Below, piece by piece: positions 48,889 to 57,178 of a stretch of DNA of 64,000 nucleotides. Made by a program: the position numbers and the translations under genes. Position 1 is the stretch's first letter. Every line of letters starts with the position of its first letter. The notes beneath the pieces were generated by a model. The model was not told the DNA's origin, made no database searches, and was given only the letters and a program-made list of their open reading frames with translations. The DNA is from a virus (Duplodnaviria > Caudoviricetes), in IMG/VR virus record IMGVR_UViG_3300034065_000151, positions 32,001-96,000 of that record; one strand, given 5' to 3'.

Positions 48889-50168
48889 TATGCTTCCATA
48901 TAACTCGGTGCTTGATCCACACTAACTCGCACACCTGTTATTAGTAATACATGATCCACCAGTTGCTGGGGTTCCATATCAGATTTGATTCCATCTAGCC
49001 CATCATGTAACATCAATCCGGTTTGACCGATCGCATTCCAAATGGCATACCGACTTACTCGTTCCCAATCAAAATACAATTTGAAAATCTGTTTCTGATT
49101 CTTGGCTGTTGGTGGTAACTTCAATAAATGAATACACAAATCCCTTTTGGCAGCTTTAAACTGTCTGGTAATAGAAGCAAGTCTCTTACCAATATTAAGA
49201 AGTTCAGATGGAAGTAATTGTGAATTAGCTTGTAATATAATATTGACAGCTTCAGAATATCCCGCACCACTCACCATCATTCTTGGTGATATAGTAGAAC
49301 CATTAGCTAATGCCATTACTAACTTCTTAACAACATTGATATTATCTGATGTTGGTTCAAGCTTGAGTAAATGACAGAGTTCCCAACGGAAGGCAACTTT
49401 TTCACGATCAGCTCTTAAAATATCTGGATATAACATTTCTAAAGATTTTTGATTATCCTTATACTTTTCTTCCAGATGAGTAATCAGGAATTGACAATAA
49501 GAATTCTCAATATCAATGACATCACCAAATAAAGCTGTACGTAACCAACCTGGCCAACATTCAATAGATTTAATTGGCCAAACTGATTTATCTCTTGCTT
49601 GGAGTATTCCACTCTTTTCAAAATAGAAATCAATAGGTCCATCATGTTTGAATAACCAATTGATAGCTGGAAGTAGATCCTCTCGATTAGTTCTTTTTAA
49701 TTCAGCCCTGACATGAGTCTGAGCCTTTTTATCTACTTGAACTTGGCTGATGGTATAGTCACCGAGTGGTTTGATACCAGGAGAAAATCGAACTTCATGG
49801 ATGATAGCTTCAATGGCTTCAATCATATCCATATTAAGTTTCTTAGGACTTATTAAGGTGGGACTTTTCAAACCATTATTGAAGTTGAAACCCAACCGAG
49901 TGATAGTAAAGAAGTGTTCAAGAATGACCTTAGCATCCTTTACTTGACGGGTTAGATTGGTGAGAAGGACTTCTTCGTTGATGAACCCAGGAGCTGCACT
50001 ATTTTGTTGGATACAATGATACCATGCAATGGCAATAGACAAGATGAGGTCTTGTCTTTGTTTACGTTTATTCCACCAAGTACCACTAATTCTAAAAAAA
50101 TTACCCACGTAAAGTGGGCAATCTCTCCGAAATATTTGATCTGTTTTTACTGCATGAAAAAGAAGCAT
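48888..50168 (-). CDS. Hypothetical protein with family-A polymerase-like motifs
   Basis: DIENSYCQFL (A-like), R...VKKLVMALANG (B-like), LMLHDGL (C-like). Confidence 0.45.
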   Translation of the reverse strand: MLLFHAVKTDQIFRRDCPLYVGNFFRISGTWWNKRKQRQDLILSIAIAWYHCIQQNSAAPGFINEEVLLTNLTRQVKDAKVILEHFFTITRLGFNFNNGLKSPTLISPKKLNMDMIEAIEAIIHEVRFSPGIKPLGDYTISQVQVDKKAQTHVRAELKRTNREDLLPAINWLFKHDGPIDFYFEKSGILQARDKSVWPIKSIECWPGWLRTALFGDVIDIENSYCQFLITHLEEKYKDNQKSLEMLYPDILRADREKVAFRWELCHLLKLEPTSDNINVVKKLVMALANGSTISPRMMVSGAGYSEAVNIILQANSQLLPSELLNIGKRLASITRQFKAAKRDLCIHLLKLPPTAKNQKQIFKLYFDWERVSRYAIWNAIGQTGLMLHDGLDGIKSDMEPQQLVDHVLLITGVRVSVDQAPSYMEA

Positions 50169-50170
50169 AG

Positions 50171-50656
50171 TTAGTCGTTAGGTTGAAAGGCTGCTAAGTA
50201 GTCAGTTAATGTAATGACTAATTCATCATAAGAATGAACTACAGGAATATCATATCTATGACAGACAATATCCACATTACCTTTACAATAAAATCCATGA
50301 GGACAACATACAATGACATTATCCCAATCCCGATTTGCTGATAGTCCCAACTCCATAAGAGTTATAGGAGATTTGGTATTAGGATCAAAATAGAATACGG
50401 TTATTTGAGCAGATTCCAATCCATTTAATTCCCAAGTAACTTGTTCATTAAATTGTGGATTTTCAAATTCTTGTACCCATGAGGCATCCCAATCAGTACG
50501 TCTTGGATTCAAAAAGAGAACAGAAAAGTCTCTAAAATCATTTACAAGACGTTCTTGCCATGGTTCAGCTAGCCCCATCTCAATTGATCCTGTCAAAAAT
50601 ACTTTTGGCAAGTGGGGATATACATTGATATTGTTTGGGGCTTTGACTTCAATCAT
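50171..50656 (-). CDS. Nucleoside 2-deoxyribosyltransferase-like protein
   Basis: VFLTGSIEMG..WQ, NPRR..W, QVTWEL, TKSPITLMELGL, KGNVDIVC. Confidence 0.85.
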   Translation of the reverse strand: MIEVKAPNNINVYPHLPKVFLTGSIEMGLAEPWQERLVNDFRDFSVLFLNPRRTDWDASWVQEFENPQFNEQVTWELNGLESAQITVFYFDPNTKSPITLMELGLSANRDWDNVIVCCPHGFYCKGNVDIVCHRYDIPVVHSYDELVITLTDYLAAFQPND

Positions 50657-50919
50657 TATGCATGACCAAGAACAGCTTCAATACCATCACGCTTCATACG
50701 ACGGTATACAGCTTTAGGACATTTTGGATCAAGAGTGACCGAATTGTGAATTTCAATTTGTGGCTGCATTTCTTTATGACCTTTGGCAGTTTTACCTTCT
50801 TTCATAACAGTCACTTTATGCTGGACATAACCGTAACGGGTATAAGCACCTTCAAGCACACCAGTTTTAACTAATTGGCGAACGATAATACGTAATGCTT
50901 TGGCTTTCTTTTGATTCAT
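50656..50919 (-). CDS. Hypothetical basic protein
   Basis: MNQKKAKALR...; coupled ORF. Confidence 0.6.
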   Translation of the reverse strand: MNQKKAKALRIIVRQLVKTGVLEGAYTRYGYVQHKVTVMKEGKTAKGHKEMQPQIEIHNSVTLDPKCPKAVYRRMKRDGIEAVLGHA

Positions 50920-51092
50920 TTTATTTCCTTGGTTGAATTGAGAACTTCTACAAAATTGATTGCTGCTTGTTTTACATCTTCTTCATATGCTCGTTGGGAT
51001 TTTACTGCTGGAACCAAATCACTAACAATTTCCTGAATTTTTTCTTCAGGCAAATTACCAACATCCACATAAAAAATTCTTCGATTACTCAT
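50916..51092 (-). CDS. 58-aa protein carrying the portal clip motif (not in ORF track)
   Basis: MSNRRIFYVDVGNLPEEKIQEIVSDL...; AAGGA RBS; ATGA overlap with next gene. Confidence 0.75.
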   Translation of the reverse strand: MSNRRIFYVDVGNLPEEKIQEIVSDLVPAVKSQRAYEEDVKQAAINFVEVLNSTKEIK

Positions 51093-51101
51093 CTTATTTC
51101 C

Positions 51102-51398
51102 TTAATAATTTAAAATACTATTGGTATTAAAGTACATATTATACAACTCAACTAATACATCACCATGACAAGCATCAGGTTTACACCAACAGCCTAATGT
51201 TAAACCTTTTAATTCTGGTAGAGAATTAAATAATTCAGGAGTATCTAAAATATATTGTCTATACTTTTCGATAACTTCTTTACGAGTTCCATGAACTCCT
51301 ATTATAAATGGATTTCCCCATTTACTTGGTCTCGTAATTATAAAATCGTAGTTGTCCCTTTTGCAGTGGACAACATTAATCTTCTTGTTTTTCTTCAT
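51102..51398 (-). CDS. DUF4326-like protein
   Basis: VVHCK, RPSKWGNPF, LGCWCKP.ACHGDVL. Confidence 0.85.
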   Translation of the reverse strand: MKKNKKINVVHCKRDNYDFIITRPSKWGNPFIIGVHGTRKEVIEKYRQYILDTPELFNSLPELKGLTLGCWCKPDACHGDVLVELYNMYFNTNSILNY

Positions 51399-51801
51399 GT
51401 TTTAAATGGGCACGGTCAATAGCTTCAGCCGCCGCTTGAGGTACATCATTTGGAATCTCTACATAAGCACCAAGTACATATGCACGACCACCTTCAGCCC
51501 ACTCGGGATTTACAATTTGTTTAGGTCCACCCAACCACGAGAATGCATGTGCATTCATGTTGTTATTTGTGGTGACAAACCAATTAATATCACCGAGGTC
51601 ATCACGACCTCGTTTGATAGTTTTTAGAATTTGATATGCTTCTTTTGAAACACCAAGATGTTTTCCCGTATTCATAATAACTTGACCAATACGAGTAGGA
51701 CCATCAAGTGAAGTTGCTACTTCATTTTCAATTGATTTTGTTGCTATTAGGTCTATAATTAAAGAACCTTTATAAGCAGTAATAGTTGCATGAATTGTCA
51801 T
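51376..51801 (-). CDS. Hypothetical protein
   Basis: ORF in packed operon. Confidence 0.6.
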   Translation of the reverse strand: MTIHATITAYKGSLIIDLIATKSIENEVATSLDGPTRIGQVIMNTGKHLGVSKEAYQILKTIKRGRDDLGDINWFVTTNNNMNAHAFSWLGGPKQIVNPEWAEGGRAYVLGAYVEIPNDVPQAAAEAIDRAHLKHEEKQED

Positions 51802-51804
51802 CTT

Positions 51805-52020
51805 TTAATCCTCAGTAAATTCAACAATAGTTTTCCAAGTAATAGGACCACAGCCTTCATATTGGCCCTCAAACTTAGTACCTTCTTTACATACATCAAA
51901 TCGCCATGCTTCATCTTCTTGACCTTCAGTAGCAATCTTACTACGGAAAGCATAAAGACCTGCTTTAGTTACTGTGAATTGACCAATTTCAGATTCACAA
52001 ATCATTGTTAGTTTTGACAT
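51805..52020 (-). CDS. Hypothetical protein
   Basis: First ORF after an extended -10 promoter. Confidence 0.55.
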   Translation of the reverse strand: MSKLTMICESEIGQFTVTKAGLYAFRSKIATEGQEDEAWRFDVCKEGTKFEGQYEGCGPITWKTIVEFTED

Positions 52021-52055
52021 AATTATGTCCCAATAAATTAATATTTCGAACTTTA

Positions 52056-52066
52056 ATTATAACACA
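52056..52066 (-). promoter_or_regulatory. Extended -10 sigma70-like promoter
   Basis: TGTGTTATAAT in intergenic gap. Confidence 0.55.
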
Positions 52067-52072
52067 AAATTG

Positions 52073-52681
52073 TCATAAAATACCAGAATATCTTGGATTT
52101 TTATCACTATCAACATGTTCAATAAGATAACCATTATTTTGTTTGAACAACAATACTTCCCATTTAGAAACACTTGCTGTTCCTAGCTTACCAAGCTTCG
52201 GCCGTAATATAATAAACTTAACTTGTTCCGGTGGAATCATTAGGTTTTCAATATATACTGAATCTGACGCATGTGCAAAATCAATTTTATATAATTTCTT
52301 AGGACTACCATTAGGTATCTGTGTTATTTCAAAGGTACCACTCGGAAATTGTGCAGAGTGATGTGTACTTGGGTTTGGATGAATTAATGCTTTTCTACCT
52401 TTTGTATCAGTAACAAATTTAACTAAGCAATCAATGAAAGCCGTTCGTGCTCTATAACTTATATTTGGGTTTTCCTTACCAAGGGCTGTTTTAATTGTTT
52501 CTTTATCAGGTGGGATGAACATCATCCCTGCTTGTTTGGAAATCCATGGGCCAAGATAATTACTTGCCCGCTGATACATTTCATAGTATCCGGTAATTAT
52601 TTTAAGTAAGTCAGAAAAGTCTGAAGTGTTTCGAGAGATATCATGTTTTGCATTCCATCTATTTTTATTGTCTGTATCCAT
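52073..52681 (-). CDS. Hypothetical protein
   Basis: 202-aa ORF, no motif recognised. Confidence 0.6.
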   Translation of the reverse strand: MDTDNKNRWNAKHDISRNTSDFSDLLKIITGYYEMYQRASNYLGPWISKQAGMMFIPPDKETIKTALGKENPNISYRARTAFIDCLVKFVTDTKGRKALIHPNPSTHHSAQFPSGTFEITQIPNGSPKKLYKIDFAHASDSVYIENLMIPPEQVKFIILRPKLGKLGTASVSKWEVLLFKQNNGYLIEHVDSDKNPRYSGIL

Positions 52682-52710
52682 TATATCATAAGGTTGGGGT
52701 TGGGGGATTA

Positions 52711-53361
52711 CTATTCATCATTTGAATAGTCATGAGGAGTGCACCAAAAGGTTGGGCACTTTAATAGGTCATCGAAATAATGTACCTGGAGAGTTTGTTC
52801 ACAACAACCATCTGATTCAAGATCATAAGTTGTAAGTTCAAATCGTGGAAGAGGAGTCTCTTGCTTTAGATCAGTATAAGCAGTATGACTTTTCTTAACA
52901 ATAACAAATACGGGAGTACGATTCCATTTGAAAATCAACATTGGAAATTTACTTGTTTTTAAAGCATCAACTTCAGATTCTTTAAACCATTTAAAAATGT
53001 TTGCAGTATTTGCAGCAAGAGAAGTAAAACTATCTGAGTCAGCATAACTCTTACATTCAATAGAATGTAAGAAAGTTAAACCGGCTTTTTTTTCATTGAT
53101 TGGTACAACGTCAGCGGTGAATATCTTCATAGCTTCAGCACCAAACATATCACCAAACTTTTCAAAGTTCTTACCACCAACTCGTGCACCAGAACCTGGA
53201 CTACGAATGAAATTCAATGGTGCTAATGCAGCTGATAGCTTTTTAGCAACTTGTCCTTCAAATGAGTTACCTTTGGCTTTACCGCCACCGGGTCTCATTT
53301 TACGTTTTTTAGGGGAAACTGAATCCATGTCAGCATCGCTAATGGTAGATTTTTTAGTCAT
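52711..53361 (-). CDS. Holliday junction resolvase-like PD-(D/E)xK nuclease
   Basis: KGNSFE..VAK.L, RSPGSGA, ADVV, SIECK, PMLIFKWNR; late promoter at 53397-53404. Confidence 0.75.
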   Translation of the reverse strand: MTKKSTISDADMDSVSPKKRKMRPGGGKAKGNSFEGQVAKKLSAALAPLNFIRSPGSGARVGGKNFEKFGDMFGAEAMKIFTADVVPINEKKAGLTFLHSIECKSYADSDSFTSLAANTANIFKWFKESEVDALKTSKFPMLIFKWNRTPVFVIVKKSHTAYTDLKQETPLPRFELTTYDLESDGCCEQTLQVHYFDDLLKCPTFWCTPHDYSNDE

Positions 53362-53404
53362 ATTTTATAGGGAGTAGTTAAAAAGGAATTACCTTTTATT
53401 TATA

Positions 53405-53692
53405 CTATTCCGGGTCCCATACTTTAAACCATGATGTTAAGGGCTTAGTATGATATAAAACAGTTCGTGAAAGGATGACCAATCTGAGTTGACATTTGCC
53501 CTTTTTGACCTCAAATGTCTTATGACAAACATATTTCTGTTTAACTTTAAATGGGAAATTGATGCAAATATACCAACCATTAAGGAATTCTGATTTATAC
53601 TTATCTAACTGGATATTGTCACCATACACAATAAATGCATCTTTACTGAAAGGTTTTCCTTCTAGTCTATCTTGTTCTAATATTAATTTCAT
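53405..53692 (-). CDS. Hypothetical protein
   Basis: Start taken at MKLILEQ (ATGA overlap). Confidence 0.5.
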   Translation of the reverse strand: MKLILEQDRLEGKPFSKDAFIVYGDNIQLDKYKSEFLNGWYICINFPFKVKQKYVCHKTFEVKKGKCQLRLVILSRTVLYHTKPLTSWFKVWDPE

Positions 53693-53949
53693 GGGTTGGA
53701 TAAGGTATAGATACACAAGTTTCTGGCCTGTGTAAGTCGGGTTAAACATTCAAATAATATGCCAGGAGTAACTAAATTGCCACTAGTCATATGACAAAGC
53801 TGTAAAATAGATGATTCAATTTCATTAATTGTTTTCTGATCAGGAATCACCGCTTTAAAATGAGTCTCAATAAAATATATTGGATCATGTATTAAACTAG
53901 CTTGTTGAGATAGGGTTAACTTTGGTGGTGGTATATTATTGTATGTCAT
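53689..53949 (-). CDS. Small protein resembling the terminase N-terminus
   Basis: HDPIYFIETH vs TerL VDPVYFIKNY. Confidence 0.5.
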   Translation of the reverse strand: MTYNNIPPPKLTLSQQASLIHDPIYFIETHFKAVIPDQKTINEIESSILQLCHMTSGNLVTPGILFECLTRLTQARNLCIYTLSNP

Positions 53950-54347
53950 TCAGCATCATCTTCCGGGATAACATTAACACCAAGCAAATTGATATCAGTA
54001 ATTTCTTTTGTACCATTATCTCGCATGTGTACATTACCTGTAGAATAAGAGCGATAAGAAACTGGAACATGACCATTTATTAAGGTTTCTAATATATGTC
54101 CCTGATGTGTATCAGCAACTTTAATTGTACCAATCATGTTACCTCCTTCTAGTTTCAAATCAGAAACAGTAAAGGCTACATCTTTTTGATCTATAGTACA
54201 ACCAATTGAACAACCAATAATTCCAGGCAATGGCTGGTTCTTAGCCTTCCATTCATCAATCGCTTTTTGTAAAGCTTCTGATGAGTAACAATTGCCATTC
54301 CGTGTTGGTACATCAGCTTTTAATATATCAACCTTAAATTCTTCCAT
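53946..54347 (-). CDS. Degenerate (likely inactive) prohead protease paralog
   Basis: Colinear with 41511..42125 over its whole length; His and Asp catalytic positions substituted. Confidence 0.75.
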   Translation of the reverse strand: MEEFKVDILKADVPTRNGNCYSSEALQKAIDEWKAKNQPLPGIIGCSIGCTIDQKDVAFTVSDLKLEGGNMIGTIKVADTHQGHILETLINGHVPVSYRSYSTGNVHMRDNGTKEITDINLLGVNVIPEDDAE

Positions 54348-54348
54348 C

Positions 54349-56319
54349 TCAGTCTCCTAAAATTCGGGAAAAGCCCGATTCCTTTCTAACTACGACCGTT
54401 TTATCAAATCGGCCGACAGCCTCAGGACGATGTGAAATAATCCACATACTCAAATTATCTTCCCGAGTCTTACCCTTCAACAACTTAAATATGTTATTAA
54501 CACCTAATGAATCCAAACCACCATCAATCTCATCAACAAACAAACAGTTCACATGAGAATGTAAATGATGCAATACATCCCTAAATGATAATGACAATGA
54601 AAGATTAACACGTTTCTTTTCACCACTGGAAAGGTTACCGAAATCCAATTCACGACCATACTGTACCACAGTACAGCTCATATCATCATCAAACTTAATA
54701 ACATGAGGTAAACCCAATTCTCTGGTGTAATAAAATAAACGCTTATTCAAGAATGGAATTGTACGGCTAATAATTGTACGACGGATAAATGAATTCTTAT
54801 CAGTTAACAGTTTCAATAGGAATTGCTGATGTTCTATCAGTTTCTTCAATCTATCAAGTTCTGTATAATCAACTATATTTATAGGACTTTTCAACAGTTC
54901 TTCATGGGCTTCAATATGAGGATTAACAAGAACTGGTTGGTTTTTAAGCTGTTCAAGCACCTCAATATATGGATTAACTGGAATAGGCTGATTTTTAAGT
55001 TGTTCAAATACCTCAGTATATGGATTACTTGAATCCTTTAACTCTTTTATTTTGTTTTCAGCAATAACAGCATTAGATTCAGCTTTAAGAACTTCTTCAA
55101 GACTGCCAAATTTCATTACTTCTAATGCTGATTTCTTATCATTCAATAATGTTGCTAGTTCTGCATTTCTAATATTAATTTCATGAATCCATGTATTAAC
55201 ACTTGTTTCTTTATCATGAATAGATTCTTTTAATCCACTTATTTTCTTAGCAGCACCTTCAAATTTCTGTAAACAGTATGGACACTTTTCATCTACTAAA
55301 TGCGATAATTCTTTAGTCAGTTTTTTAATATCTGTTTCTAAAATCAAATTATCTTTTTTTAATCCATTAATCTCATTAGTGAGTCTGGTTTCTTCTGTTT
55401 TAATTCCATTAACTAATACATGAAGTTCCTTTTCTACTTCACTATCAAATGTGGAAATTAAATCATAATCTTTTTGCAATTTAACAAGTTGGGATTGTTT
55501 TTCAGTATCCCATTTGGTGATACGATCTTCTGCTTCCTTAAGCTGTTTAACCGTTTGTTTTTCTGTATCAGTATCCCATTTTTCAATACGATCTTTTGCT
55601 TCTTGAAGCTGATTAGCATATTGATTTACTGTATCATTATCCCATTTAGTAACACGCTCCTCGGCATTTTTAACTTGCTTCTGGAATAAAGCTGATTGAG
55701 ATTCCTGCTCTTTGATAACAGCTTCTTGAATAGCCGCATTACTTTCAGTTGCTTTGATAATAGCTTTCAACTTGATTGCCTTCTCAGACAACAAAGTGAT
55801 ATTAAACAATTCTTCAATCTGTGCACGTTGTTGAGCAACTGGCATCAACAAGAATGGGGTTGAGTCACCGGAGAATACAATGATCTTAGTAAACAGTTCA
55901 TAACTGATACCAATAACTTCAAGGATTAACTTATTGGTTTCTGCAGCACTTGCACAAGTAATATCTTCACCATTCTTAGTGAATGTGATTTCAGTTGATT
56001 CACCACGACTGCGATATATCTCATATGTGTCAATACCCTTATCAAAGAATAAGCGTACTTCCAACATGGTTTTCTTCAGATTATTGGTTGCATTAATCAA
56101 TCGCTGAAGCGATATCTGGCTTAATGGTTTATCATAAACCGCATAGACCAATGTATTAAGAATGGTGGTTTTACCGGAACCATTAGCACCATCATTATCA
56201 AGATTCTCGCCTTGAAGATGGGTAGTACCAGGATCACTTAAATCGATGACTGTGGTTTGATTACCAAAGGATAATACATTGCGGATATGTAGTTCTTTAA
56301 AACGAATTGGAATACTCAT
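54349..56319 (-). CDS. gp46: Recombination ATPase gp46 (Rad50/SbcC-like)
   Basis: NVLSFGN, GANGSGKT, CPYC hook, LSSGEKKR, FVDEIDGGLD, IISH. Confidence 0.95.
   Translation of the reverse strand: MSIPIRFKELHIRNVLSFGNQTTVIDLSDPGTTHLQGENLDNDGANGSGKTTILNTLVYAVYDKPLSQISLQRLINATNNLKKTMLEVRLFFDKGIDTYEIYRSRGESTEITFTKNGEDITCASAAETNKLILEVIGISYELFTKIIVFSGDSTPFLLMPVAQQRAQIEELFNITLLSEKAIKLKAIIKATESNAAIQEAVIKEQESQSALFQKQVKNAEERVTKWDNDTVNQYANQLQEAKDRIEKWDTDTEKQTVKQLKEAEDRITKWDTEKQSQLVKLQKDYDLISTFDSEVEKELHVLVNGIKTEETRLTNEINGLKKDNLILETDIKKLTKELSHLVDEKCPYCLQKFEGAAKKISGLKESIHDKETSVNTWIHEINIRNAELATLLNDKKSALEVMKFGSLEEVLKAESNAVIAENKIKELKDSSNPYTEVFEQLKNQPIPVNPYIEVLEQLKNQPVLVNPHIEAHEELLKSPINIVDYTELDRLKKLIEHQQFLLKLLTDKNSFIRRTIISRTIPFLNKRLFYYTRELGLPHVIKFDDDMSCTVVQYGRELDFGNLSSGEKKRVNLSLSLSFRDVLHHLHSHVNCLFVDEIDGGLDSLGVNNIFKLLKGKTREDNLSMWIISHRPEAVGRFDKTVVVRKESGFSRILGD
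54895..55027 (-). repeat. About 3x 51-bp tandem repeat in gp46 coiled coil
   Basis: NPY.EV.EQLKNQP..V units; GGATTA at 54920, 54971, 55022. Confidence 0.8.
55500..55680 (-). repeat. About 3x 66-bp tandem repeat in gp46 coiled coil
   Basis: QL.EA.DRI.KWD.DT units; TCCCATTT at 55508, 55574, 55640. Confidence 0.8.
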
Positions 56320-56810
56320 AGGAAATAGATTAACTTTGCATTAGTACGGCTGAAATTTATACAGGGAATGAGTGTTTCACGCATCTCATCAAAGGCTTGT
56401 GGACTGAATTGTTTTGAAATAATAAGGTGGTCAACTGTTTTACCACGACCACCATGGGGACGGCTTATTAGAAAAATACGATTACCATTTTCAAATTCAA
56501 TTACATCCTTAGTAAATCTTTTAATTGGGATTCGATATAATTCGGGAATGCTATAAAAAATATCCCTTAACTGATATAAGATATAATCTTTTAAATTGGC
56601 ATTAGAAGAAGGAGTGGCAATGATAACATTTTTATTACTTTGATATAAACAAACCCATAAAGTAAACAACAAAACATCATCAACATCAGCACCATCTATC
56701 AGCTTATCTTCAAAGGTATTACTAAGATCCCTTCCACCATACATAGTTGAAAAGACTTCAAACTTTGTATGACTTTGTAGTTCAATAATTTGTTGTAAAG
56801 TATAGGTCAT
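56316..56810 (-). CDS. Degenerate terminase ATPase-domain paralog 1
   Basis: LLFTLWVCLYQSNKNVIIAT...IEFENGNRI...GGRGKTVDHLII aligns to TerL; no Walker A, no Walker B DE. Confidence 0.75.
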   Translation of the reverse strand: MTYTLQQIIELQSHTKFEVFSTMYGGRDLSNTFEDKLIDGADVDDVLLFTLWVCLYQSNKNVIIATPSSNANLKDYILYQLRDIFYSIPELYRIPIKRFTKDVIEFENGNRIFLISRPHGGRGKTVDHLIISKQFSPQAFDEMRETLIPCINFSRTNAKLIYFL

Positions 56811-57178
56811 GTGAAATATATTGCCCTTCCATTTTTTGGATCCATTGTTAACAAAAGCAATGCCAACTGATTCTTGTATCGTTCTAACTCATCAATAATA
56901 CCCATTGAACAAGCAATCACATTATGCTTTACATTAGCAAATGAATGCATGGTATTGATACCAACAAAACTGAAATTGCATTTGTTGTATAACTCGATAT
57001 TAGCAATTGGATGTGGGTTGTATTGAAAGGGAATACTATTCATGGTTGTTAAGATACCAGATAGTTCAACCGCTTTATCATAAGCAACTATACCCTCTTT
57101 ATAGATGACAAGATACTTTTCATCTGGACTGTTTTGACCAATCCGAATCATTTTATCAAAGAGATAGATTTCTTTCAT
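56807..57178 (-). CDS. Degenerate terminase ATPase-domain paralog 2
   Basis: PDEKYLVI..AVEL..NIELYNKCNFSFV..GIIDEL parallels EDKTIVI..AQEI..RIEFDNGSRII..LYLDEL. Confidence 0.5.
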   Translation of the reverse strand: MKEIYLFDKMIRIGQNSPDEKYLVIYKEGIVAYDKAVELSGILTTMNSIPFQYNPHPIANIELYNKCNFSFVGINTMHSFANVKHNVIACSMGIIDELERYKNQLALLLLTMDPKNGRAIYFT

